DNA of 42,594 nucleotides from Chlamydiota bacterium (GTDB lineage Bacteria; Chlamydiota; Chlamydiia; Chlamydiales; JAJFMA01): NCBI GenBank assembly GCA_021772415.1, contig JAJFMA010000074.1, positions 1 to 42,594 of the forward strand, read 5' to 3'. Shown piece by piece: positions 8,001 to 14,229 of this stretch (position 1 is its first letter; each line of letters starts with the position of its first letter). The notes under the pieces were generated by a model. It saw only the letters and a program-made list of their open reading frames with translations, ran no database searches and was not told where the DNA came from. The position numbers and the translations under genes were made by a program.

Positions 8001-8858
8001 GGTGACCGTCAGTATGACATCATGGATCGAGCGGCCAGTGCCGAACTGGCTAGCTTTAGTAGAGCAGATTTGCGAGTCACCAACGCATACGAAATGCGGA
8101 ACTTCGGTGTGTCGGTTTGCGCTATCAGGTATCCATTCGCTGTCACTATAGGCAATTGGTACACTCGGAGGAGTGTAGACGTCGTCTGCTTTTGCCTGGC
8201 ATGCCTGGTCGTGGCTGGCACAGACGAAAGCGGGGATTTTGGCCTTGTCCGAGAAACAGGTAGGGCAGGCGTCCTGGCCCGAATACGATCCTTGAACCCA
8301 AGGAGACTCTTGGTAGCTGTAGTAGGAGTCACAAGATTGGGTGTTTCCACCACACCAGTTGCCGGAGCATAGCGAGGACGCAACAGATGAAACTTTACGC
8401 ACAAACTCGTGCTGGCAAAGAAATAGGTTGCTGCAGGGGCGTACGATGTGTCCTCTGCCAGGAGTAAAGCGGCAGTCTTGGCCGGTAGAACACTGATGAA
8501 CAACGTCTTTTGGAACGTTAAAGCGGTTTTCGGCGCGTTTATTGTCCGCAAACCAGTCGATTTCTTCGCTTTCTTTGGTCGTCCCTTGTGTCTTCTCTAG
8601 CGTCTCAGAAGGTGGGATGATATCGTAGTCGGCGGAAAATGCTTCGTCAAAAAGTTCGGTGCTAAAGGAATTTCCATTGTCTTCGACGGACCAGAAAGCG
8701 TGGGGCTGTGAGCGCAAGTCACCGACGGCAACTTTGTTACCGGGTTGGCCCCACAACAAACCTTGGCTGGCAATCAATACGGGTATTGACCCCCACCATA
8801 GCTTGGCGAGTAGATTACGTGGAGGCTTCTTGTCCTCGTTGAGATCTTTTTCAACCAT
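1884..8858 (-). CDS. sctC: T3SS outer-membrane secretin SctC/CdsC, giant form (2324 aa), with a roughly 1560-aa N-terminal extension
   Basis: The C-terminal ~760 aa show secretin architecture. The N0/N1 region reads FTINFRDVPITEYIRFVSGLTGQNFIF...IHGLSVLEQGNNIIIH. The secretin core reads RQVFLEMLVLDTT...EYRDIGTLLRVRPQI...KVHVPNGFFVILSGMVRE...PCLGGIPIIG...NLMIFIRPQII. The gene follows pkn5 as in Chlamydia (CT673-CT674). The extreme N-terminus has a signal/anchor segment (LLAKLWWGSIPVLIASQGLLWG), which supports translation of the whole 6975-nt frame. Confidence 0.93.
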   Translation of the reverse strand: MVEKDLNEDKKPPRNLLAKLWWGSIPVLIASQGLLWGQPGNKVAVGDLRSQPHAFWSVEDNGNSFSTELFDEAFSADYDIIPPSETLEKTQGTTKESEEIDWFADNKRAENRFNVPKDVVHQCSTGQDCRFTPGRGHIVRPCSNLFLCQHEFVRKVSSVASSLCSGNWCGGNTQSCDSYYSYQESPWVQGSYSGQDACPTCFSDKAKIPAFVCASHDQACQAKADDVYTPPSVPIAYSDSEWIPDSANRHTEVPHFVCVGDSQICSTKASQFGTGRSIHDVILTVTDVAPPVEKHRAPVPPLAYSQDVGTCVGHGCEGKQLANLSLSQMLAHGNGVSETTVLGHDAKALHLTDVPALLCANCDISDTAGGMYADCEPGACKTFETGNYDVMHGLRGFTTVPVAACDGCSISAPSENQAYSLAANEESLYRHSAPEGADAIAMGRTIKLEEATTYASNVDHLDHPLVQDTLVHATQGVKKPADELITAPSPTFGLHLKQRGRCAGECGPSQPMLTPDHPTIARAAFDGTGHDRLEDIQHLSGFGTKTTLTDPGFSSAIEPSHAVVAQAPSTGIDTLAPLVFWGLTQEKAGLHPRRSSTQPSANTSTWQSWDSVIADGLAGEGIINSEPLAINDAPDTASTQIAHSRSSREPWTYFDELIDIEHPSSRHIYTLDTVTTEIPVSEPLVAQASIPEPTVEQAPIAETLATQHATAAVERRRTPTLTERQVKSIAEQALLSGLSNQVTSETDPLKRHYLDYPDHIVASTHSAPGLPPKSMDAAALSAKSENVPTLASDKRNLLAASETLRQDAVPASKSLGQQLAPRETLATSSAPKHVSRDYPVAMHPNSSSSASELVGEAIQPYLTTHPVRGQSHQHASLPPLLQTHSGFINQTPHSSAGNSTKQLAASAQPSVAEPALVDSESAHALGLENPGLAHNANDIADKGIPTHNTRRHKLGQSHNSSDTSLKRASAQLHATTQGNTAATALLTASEESSQLAKSLPHHKAGSEPLRPPVCAERHKDSSYVAGETQKPGFDYSQLKQLTASTQPGDHLKRNSHPAQRLDPSPGMGSQLVTADGVKVPGGLDIPSGHTGVRHNAPAQESTHIVKAVRDGSYHVTPYASPQLNTTNDHLGVSGMVTAPPGTTTSAPWVDEAVNLHGKDAIGLQVRGDDTSRSDLDFQPSLGEAWGVDKRRVPEAQKIEASVDLRDVSLADMADVIARSQERSSIGERDNKYYKVVHVTDKATPKVNVGKATPKKGSGLHRPADDARERFSVEVFPSAPTEELPSMHQLLGRVRRESSNAPDVKMPESFLIGLAHADTFEEVGASSEDSAFYSVGASSRHHHQSSDWDEESRTDSWSSEQQTQAYPDAGLEKPMTLGVRREGFLWSDEGPWLDNPSSEEAVSYSYEESPNSGSPPGYTWSEYSPQSENTETAERELNSSLQKKNRSKSSRYEEEFAEEFEEVLDEGEDYVTSYSEAYFSEAAPSEQADAAAQESGTPGDHTLTAKGQQGLKAGLDPFQSTRDLAPRSNLQVAQETLFESGAPATRREAVVDEVVVEEDEEEEDPGFTINFRDVPITEYIRFVSGLTGQNFIFNEEELDFSITVISDEPTTVDNIMAALLQELRIHGLSVLEQGNNIIIHKSAARSPAKIVTDDIKQDSQTRLITRVFQLDAVDPEKLRAIVEPMLSGQALVQVLPDTKNLLVTDLAGNVEKIADLIKTLDLPATTFEIGQYVGLNNFIENLIPLAEEIVRPIAEGQNLVFVPHLATNSVFVVSSPLLVKRSLAILQRLDALEGQTNIMTLDELSEGGAHLVRQKDDSEFFEEDEDKIKNLTPEEIEEERRLREERDREGSQRDEDDLFDDRDSDRDRDRYADEDRQRYEEPLADDDISQTKFFIHKLRYRKGDQLTDALYRISDSLRLSEKANIDLINAINSIQWIESSNSLVVTGTPESLGRVKELVEEIDTPLRQVFLEMLVLDTTISDSLDYSVEWTSEFSGVNVGGAQGWSGATPLPGQSTPLLGAVDTAASGVTTDSTTGALTQALIDASSLAGASIPGFNLGVIGRRVLKNGNFFNTMGALVRALHTDVEGEVIINPKIIVEDNHEAEIFVGENTAYQTQNTVNDSGEIISQNVEYRDIGTLLRVRPQIGTNNVITLEIEQEVSQDVSASSGGGGGGGGGGGTGVVSNPGPTTKTSRTITKVHVPNGFFVILSGMVREEKQRTRWQLPCLGGIPIIGAANSRRNTTLSKRNLMIFIRPQIIETEWDFDAVTQRNQNQYKDTNRRKPRWKYEVDEGLEFLNLPRINERCEDSCYLPGYADDWGTGCDCD
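2325..2360 (-). repeat. In-frame (GGY)n trinucleotide tract encoding an 11-Gly run inside the secretin domain
   Basis: The plus strand reads ACCACCACCACCGCCACCACCGCCACCGCCACCACT. On the coding strand this gives SSGGGGGGGGGGGTG, in the loop just before TSRTITKVHVPNGFFVILSG. Confidence 0.9.
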
Positions 8859-9276
8859 GTGACGTGTCTTTATTAGCCCTTGGCATTGCTTGTATGAAAC
8901 TAGAAATCTTCTTATTCCAGAGCAAGCAATTTATTTCCAATGAAATTTGTATATCAAATCCCCTTTTGGAGTGGGAACGACAAAGTCTGTTAGGGTGGTG
9001 GCGAATTCCCTCTTCGACCATAACTTCTCCTGCATCCAGTTGTCGAATACTAGCAATTCCAACAAGTGTAGATGCCAGTCTAGCGCATATCACGAATATT
9101 GCGCTAGCAGCAGAAGGCGGCGCACAGAAGCTCTCAGTGATGTGTTGTTGTATCCTATTGGTTATCAAAGCCCAGATTGTGTCCCAGCCCGTCGGCAGGT
9201 GCATCAGATGAAGTTGAGATTTGGTGGATTCAGACGAGGTTTTGACTTCGCTGTGTGTGAGGAGACATATTCTCAT
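8851..9276 (-). CDS. Possible small ORF (141 aa) whose stop overlaps the cdsC start; weakly supported
   Basis: The stop TGA overlaps the cdsC ATG in ATGGTTGA, an 8-nt overlap typical of translational coupling. The region is open in three frames at once (8851-9276 minus, 8864-9211 plus, 8947-9294 plus). The product is rich in His, Cys and Trp, uses many ATA/AGA/AGG codons, and shows no recognisable motif. Confidence 0.25.
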   Translation of the reverse strand: MRICLLTHSEVKTSSESTKSQLHLMHLPTGWDTIWALITNRIQQHITESFCAPPSAASAIFVICARLASTLVGIASIRQLDAGEVMVEEGIRHHPNRLCRSHSKRGFDIQISLEINCLLWNKKISSFIQAMPRANKDTSHG

Positions 9277-9339
9277 TGTGAATTAGCAACTTAATATATC
9301 GATGGACGTCTGAAAACGTAACACGCTCTTGCTTGGTTC

Positions 9340-9558
9340 TGAGGCCCGAAGGGTCAGCTTATGATAGCCCCACCTGAAAGGCCAGCAAGATGTATAGCCC
9401 CGGGCGTAGCCCGGGGTAAAGGTCAAAATGCACTCTGAGCACTGTGGGTGCGACATATTTACACGAAACATGTGTCGCACTTACAGCGCTCCGGTGATTG
9501 ATTTGCCTACCTGGGGCTACACCCCAGGCTATACAGGTGGCCAGCCCTTCGGGCCTCA
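9340..9558. repeat. 219-bp MITE-like palindromic element in the pkn5-cdsC intergenic region
   Basis: There are perfect 14-bp terminal inverted repeats, TGAGGCCCGAAGGG (9340-9353) and CCCTTCGGGCCTCA (9545-9558). The two arms are imperfect inverted copies of each other. Each arm carries a GC hairpin: CCCCGGGC-gta-GCCCGGGG at 9398-9416 and CCTGGGG-ctaca-CCCCAGG at 9510-9528. A central hairpin pairs GTGCGACA (9448-9455) with TGTCGCAC (9473-9480). A related copy lies at 32425. Confidence 0.8.
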
Positions 9559-9727
9559 TGAGGGAAATGATAGTGTCTTAGATAATTACGTGTTGATTGG
9601 GTGACCTAAGATGTTAACCTACTTTTTCTTATGATCAAAATGTCGAAGGTCGAGTCGGTGGTGAGTTTTCCCTGCTACAAAAGGGGGAGTGTGATTTAGG
9701 TGGGGCGGATAGATGATTGGCGGCGCC

Positions 9728-11293
9728 TTATTCTCTGCGGGCGATGCTGATGACGGAAAGGGAGTGGCGCTCCAAGGGCAGGGCGGTGGCAGGAGCGACT
9801 TTACGCACGAGGGTTTCGGTTTGATTTTGTGGGGTCAGCTCGCGCGTGGCAGCTAAAAGTTCCGCAAACGACTCCTCGTCGTAGCTGTGTAGAGCGTTTT
9901 CAGGTATTGACGACTGGTACAGTTTTTCTGTGTGGAGCAGCAGCGTGTCGTCAATGTGCCAATCGCCTGTAATTTCAGTGAATTCTGTGAAAGGCTTGAC
10001 ACCGAGAGCGGGGTTTTCGGAGCTGATTTTTTCAGGCAGGGATGCGTCATGCGCAAGGTGCCACAGGTGTGCGGGCCCACAGGCGATGTATTGGTAGCTG
10101 TTTTTGCTTGGGTTTAGCACGAGATAGCTAAGGCTAAAGACTTGGTTTGCAGCATCGCGTAGGATGAGGTCATTAAGAAATGCAATCAAGCTCGCAGGTT
10201 CAGTAGTGAGTCGGCATAATGTGCGGATCATTCCTCGGCAGACGGCGGTATAGATCACCCCTTCGACTCCACGTGCTGTGGGTTCGACCATGACGACACC
10301 GTAGCATTTTTCCGGGAGTTCAATGAAATCGTAGTAAAGCCCGCAAATACCTAATCCACGACGGTTTGTGACACCTATTTCGATATGGCGCCACTGCGGT
10401 GCGTGGCTAGGAATCAATAGCGCTTGGGCCTGCTGAAGATGCTCGGACAGCTCACTGAGTTGGTCTCCACCTTTGCGTTCATGGTCTAAGGTTTCGGAAT
10501 TTAGATACGCCGAAAGGTCTGTAATGAGGTCCACAACGTCCTGGTAGCGGTCTTCAATGCGGGGCTGGAGGGCGCGTGCGAGGATTTTCTGTAGCCCTTT
10601 AGGCATAAGAGCTATGTGTATTTGGCCATGGCTGAGTTTGCCAAGGACTAGCTCATAAGCAATGATTCCTAGCGAATAGATGTCAGAGGGATAAGAAACG
10701 GATTCCGGGTGGTAGCGCTGCTCAGGACTCATGTAGATCGGCGTTCCAATCAGCTGATAGGGCGGTTGCTCGTCAGCTTGTGGGTCCAGAGCGTCCGAGA
10801 GCATTTGTGCGATACCCATATCGATGAGCTTCACGGCGCCGTTGTGGGTAAGCATCAGATTTTCGGGTTTTAGGTCGCGGTGGATGACTCCAAGTGTATG
10901 GAGGTGGCATAGTGCATAGGCGATTTCCAAAATGACTTCGACGGCACGTCGTAGTGAGAGTGGTCTATGTGTGATGACGGTATGTAGCGACTGCCCTTGA
11001 ACAAATTCTAGAGCTATAAAGGGGTTGTCTCCTTCCCACGTTCCATAGTCAAAGAGACCTACAATGTTGGGGTGGTCGGCGAGCTTGAGAATTTTCGCCT
11101 CGTTGTCAAATCTCTCCAGTACGTCGGGGTCTTGGCGTGACCTCTCTTTGAGAGTTTTTAAGATGACCGCTTCGCCACTGTCTGGGTGCGTGCCGAGGTA
11201 TAGTAAACTCATACCCCCTTCACGGTAAAAACTCTCGATGGGATACGAGCCAAAATGGGTGGCTGGAAGGTGGCGTGCGTCTTCCGAAGACAT
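9728..11293 (-). CDS. pkn5: Ser/Thr protein kinase Pkn5-like, fused to a C-terminal degenerate SpoIIE/PP2C-like domain
   Basis: Hanks kinase motifs are present: AVILKTLK (catalytic Lys), HRDLKPENLML, DMG (a DFG variant) and YMSPEQ. The position between cdsQ and cdsC matches CT673. The C-terminal ~200 aa follow the SpoIIE-domain pattern: CGLYYDFIEL, VVMVEPTARGVEG, VFSLSYLVLN, ACGPAHLW, PALGV, DDTLLLHTEKL. Confidence 0.9.
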   Translation of the reverse strand: MSSEDARHLPATHFGSYPIESFYREGGMSLLYLGTHPDSGEAVILKTLKERSRQDPDVLERFDNEAKILKLADHPNIVGLFDYGTWEGDNPFIALEFVQGQSLHTVITHRPLSLRRAVEVILEIAYALCHLHTLGVIHRDLKPENLMLTHNGAVKLIDMGIAQMLSDALDPQADEQPPYQLIGTPIYMSPEQRYHPESVSYPSDIYSLGIIAYELVLGKLSHGQIHIALMPKGLQKILARALQPRIEDRYQDVVDLITDLSAYLNSETLDHERKGGDQLSELSEHLQQAQALLIPSHAPQWRHIEIGVTNRRGLGICGLYYDFIELPEKCYGVVMVEPTARGVEGVIYTAVCRGMIRTLCRLTTEPASLIAFLNDLILRDAANQVFSLSYLVLNPSKNSYQYIACGPAHLWHLAHDASLPEKISSENPALGVKPFTEFTEITGDWHIDDTLLLHTEKLYQSSIPENALHSYDEESFAELLAATRELTPQNQTETLVRKVAPATALPLERHSLSVISIARRE

Positions 11294-11331
11294 GGATATC
11301 CTTTAGAACCTATCTCGCAACAGGGGCGTGA

Positions 11332-12501
11332 TTAGCCAATTTCCAAAATACGAACACCTAATGCTTCGCCAAGACGCAGAAGCTCCCCTTTTCCAATGCG
11401 GCGCCCATTGACGACAAGATCAACGCCTTCTTCCGGGTGTACGTCGAGTTCAAGTAGTTGGCCAGGTTGCAGTTCCATGAGCTTCTCAAGCTTCATGCGT
11501 ACACGCCCAACTTCTACTGCAACGGTTAACGGGATGTCTCCGGCGCGCTCTTGGGTCGAGGGCCCGTCGCCTAACGCTGCTGCGCCTTCGGCCTCGTCGC
11601 TGTCCACGTCTTCGTCTGTTTCGTCGAGTGTCTCTTCATTGTCGTCCATAGCTGCGTCAACCTTGTGATACAGAGGGTATTCAAGAACTTTGATTTTGTC
11701 CTGCTTCAGCATGCCCCGAAAAATAGGAATGCCGCTGACAGTCATCACCACGCGGCCCTTCTCTTCTCCGGGAAGCACGGAGCAGGTGTCTAAAATGAGA
11801 AAATCTCCCGGAGTCAAGCTTGCAAGTTCCGAGGGTTTAAGCACAACTTCACCGGCCTCGAGGTGCATCGTCACTTCAAGCTCAGCGGCAATTTTGGGGT
11901 TGAGGCGTTTTTTGCCTCCTTGAGAAAATTGCTCTTTCCACGCTTTCGTCATCTCTTTGCCGGCAACGAGGCGTCCACGCACAGTAAGGCCGCATAGGGT
12001 AATGTCTACATCTAAGCACATCCCTGGCCCTTCCGGGGGGCTTTCGTCGGGGAGAAATGTAAGCGCGTTCTTGCCTTCAAGTCCCAGTCCACCAAGGATG
12101 TTTACCATTTCGACGCCCAAATAGTGGAAAAAGCCCTTCAAAAAGTCTGGGTCCAATTTCGCTGGTGCCGCGGCCTCTTTGGTAAGAAGGCTAGACATGA
12201 GGATGGAGACATCTTTTTCGGTGATAAGAAGCGCTGCATTCCCAGGGAGGGATGCGACGGCAAATCCCAAAGCCCATAGGCGCTTACCTAAGCCCTTTTG
12301 CACTTCACTAGCGTCACGCCACTGCGCCATAGCAGGGGAAACTTGAAAGTCGTCAATTTCAAAGCGCTCGGCAAGACGTGCACTGAGCTGGTCCCAGGCA
12401 AAGCCTTCGGGTCCGCCCGTTGTTGACAGGTCTTGGAGCTCAATTAGCTCGGGTTCAATACTCTTGAGCCAGTCGTACGGTTGACTTGCTGTAGCGGTCA
12501 C
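11332..12501 (-). CDS. sctQ: T3SS cytoplasmic-ring / sorting-platform protein SctQ (CdsQ); GTG start
   Basis: The C-terminal SpoA/FliN-like domain reads IPLTVAVEVGRVRMKLEKLMELQPGQLLELDVHPEEGVDLVVNGRRIGKGELLRLGEALGVRILEIG. It is preceded by an acidic linker. Synteny matches CT672. Confidence 0.9.
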   Translation of the reverse strand: MTATASQPYDWLKSIEPELIELQDLSTTGGPEGFAWDQLSARLAERFEIDDFQVSPAMAQWRDASEVQKGLGKRLWALGFAVASLPGNAALLITEKDVSILMSSLLTKEAAAPAKLDPDFLKGFFHYLGVEMVNILGGLGLEGKNALTFLPDESPPEGPGMCLDVDITLCGLTVRGRLVAGKEMTKAWKEQFSQGGKKRLNPKIAAELEVTMHLEAGEVVLKPSELASLTPGDFLILDTCSVLPGEEKGRVVMTVSGIPIFRGMLKQDKIKVLEYPLYHKVDAAMDDNEETLDETDEDVDSDEAEGAAALGDGPSTQERAGDIPLTVAVEVGRVRMKLEKLMELQPGQLLELDVHPEEGVDLVVNGRRIGKGELLRLGEALGVRILEIG

Positions 12502-12751
12502 AGGCGGCGTATCCTTTTGAGAATAATTGCGTTATTCAAACCCGGTAGGCACTTCATCGTTCAACTCTAGCCAAGCGCAGCCAGCTAGGATTGAAGGTTA
12601 CTGTGCAAACCCAATCATGCACATCCGTAAGTCTAAACAAAAGATCAATTTTTAGTAGGTTAAGCTTCAATCATTAAGAATACAATACATCGAAGCGCAA
12701 CAGATAGCAACCGGCAGCCTATTCAGCTACGGGATAGCTTGCTAGCTCGAT

Positions 12752-13639
12752 TTAACTTTGGCGCTTCTGCCCACCTTCAGAGTCTTGCTGACCTTCCTGG
12801 TCTTCACGCTGCTTCTGTAGGTTCTGCTGGTCTGCCACATTGCTGGCGTCCGTGAGGATCTTTTCATAGGGCTGGGTCGAAGTGACCACCATGTGGGCGA
12901 CATACCCGCGCTCTTCCAAGGTCTTCATCAGTGCTGCCTGATGGTTGTCCAGCAGAGCTTTAGCTTCCTGCGTCAAGTTATTGAAGGCAATGTTGAACTC
13001 TCCCTTGGCCGAATCATACGAACGTACCACTAATTCGCTACCTGCGAAAATTGGAGGGTTCTGGATCTTTATCGCCGTATCGGTGATGCCACCTTGCTTA
13101 ACGGTGTATAACGTGGGTTCGATTTGGTCCACGAGCTTCTGAAGTTGTTCCACTCTTGAAGTCGGTACCGTCTCACTTTGCACACTCATATTTGCAATGC
13201 CTACATCTGGCTTAGCGTTAGGATTGACGAAGGCTAAGTCGTCTTGAGCCTGCCCAAAGCCTTGCCCCTTTTTGCTCGTGTCTTGCGTAGACGCCTTGCC
13301 TAAGCTGAGACCCGCAAGATCTGGCGATGCGTCAGCATCTAAGCCGTCTTTAGCTCCCGCTGCTGCTGCGTGGGCCGCAATCTCCAAGGGAGACGAGGCC
13401 TTCTTGGCGTCACCAGTGATTTTTTTGCCTGCTGCCAGATCAAATACTGAGTCTGATGAGGCCTTCTCTTCCTCGACAACAGCGTCGCCCTTCTTCTGAT
13501 GGGTATCCTTCTCGCCGCGCCGCTCGACTTTTTTATAGTCGGCGCCGGGCTTACGTGAAGGACGTCCCGAATCCGTGCGTTCTGTTGAGCCGAGGTCTCT
13601 TTTTCCCAAGCCCGAGATGGGTTTGTTTGGTAGTGTCAT
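12752..13639 (-). CDS. sctP: T3SS needle-length / substrate-switch protein SctP (CdsP)-like
   Basis: The gene sits between sctO and sctQ, as CT671 does. The N-terminal two thirds are disordered and rich in Lys, Asp, Ala and Gly. The C-terminal block is compact (IKIQNPPIFAGSELVVRSYDSAKGEFNIAFNNLTQEAKALL), consistent with a T3S4/FliK-C type domain. Confidence 0.6.
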   Translation of the reverse strand: MTLPNKPISGLGKRDLGSTERTDSGRPSRKPGADYKKVERRGEKDTHQKKGDAVVEEEKASSDSVFDLAAGKKITGDAKKASSPLEIAAHAAAAGAKDGLDADASPDLAGLSLGKASTQDTSKKGQGFGQAQDDLAFVNPNAKPDVGIANMSVQSETVPTSRVEQLQKLVDQIEPTLYTVKQGGITDTAIKIQNPPIFAGSELVVRSYDSAKGEFNIAFNNLTQEAKALLDNHQAALMKTLEERGYVAHMVVTSTQPYEKILTDASNVADQQNLQKQREDQEGQQDSEGGQKRQS

Positions 13640-13721
13640 TTATCCATCTCCTTTGTTCACATGAGGTGAACAATAGTAAATTCACTCGTTGCTGCCTCTA
13701 CTCAAGACAGGATAGCCAAGG

Positions 13722-14216
13722 TCAGTAACCGCGCCTTTTGCGCAGGTTAAACATAAGTTCGCCCAACTCATCGAGTTCCTTGGCTTCTTCAAATTCTAAC
13801 TCTTTGATGTACTCTTTAAGCCATCCTTCTCTGTGTTCTTCGAGCTTGTCGACTTCCAAGCGTCTTTGCTTGAGTTCGCTTTTTGCCACTTGTACGTTCT
13901 TTTCTGCTAACTCGACTTGCTCTTCTTGCTCCGCAACTTTCTTGTCTTCTACAAGGACTTTCTCTTTGCAGATCTCTAAATACTGCTTCATCTGCTCGAC
14001 TTTGTCGGAGGTAGTACCCCCATCTAACTCATCACGCAGCTGCTGCAGCTTGTCATCTTTGTGTTGGCGGACCTTGTCTCGTTCTCGCTTTTTCTCCTCG
14101 AGAATGTCCAGCTCCTTCTGCAGTAGCTCTTCCTTGCGCTTGACGTTGCGTTCTGCTTCAGCTACGCGATTGTTCTTGATCTCCAAGACCTGCGCTAGAG
14201 GATAGAGCTTTTCCAT
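13722..14216 (-). CDS. sctO: T3SS stalk protein SctO (CdsO)
   Basis: The 164-aa product is entirely coiled-coil and rich in Glu, Lys and Leu. It lies immediately downstream of the ATPase gene with a 13-nt gap, as for CT670 and YscO. Confidence 0.75.
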   Translation of the reverse strand: MEKLYPLAQVLEIKNNRVAEAERNVKRKEELLQKELDILEEKKRERDKVRQHKDDKLQQLRDELDGGTTSDKVEQMKQYLEICKEKVLVEDKKVAEQEEQVELAEKNVQVAKSELKQRRLEVDKLEEHREGWLKEYIKELEFEEAKELDELGELMFNLRKRRGY

Positions 14217-14229
14217 GCGTCGTTACCCC

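Noticed and set aside
9283-9559. Track ORFs of 65 and 66 aa on the minus strand (9283-9480 and 9359-9559).
   Set aside because: They fall inside or across the 219-bp palindromic repeat. Their sequences are dictated by the hairpin arms, and they have no SD or coding signature.
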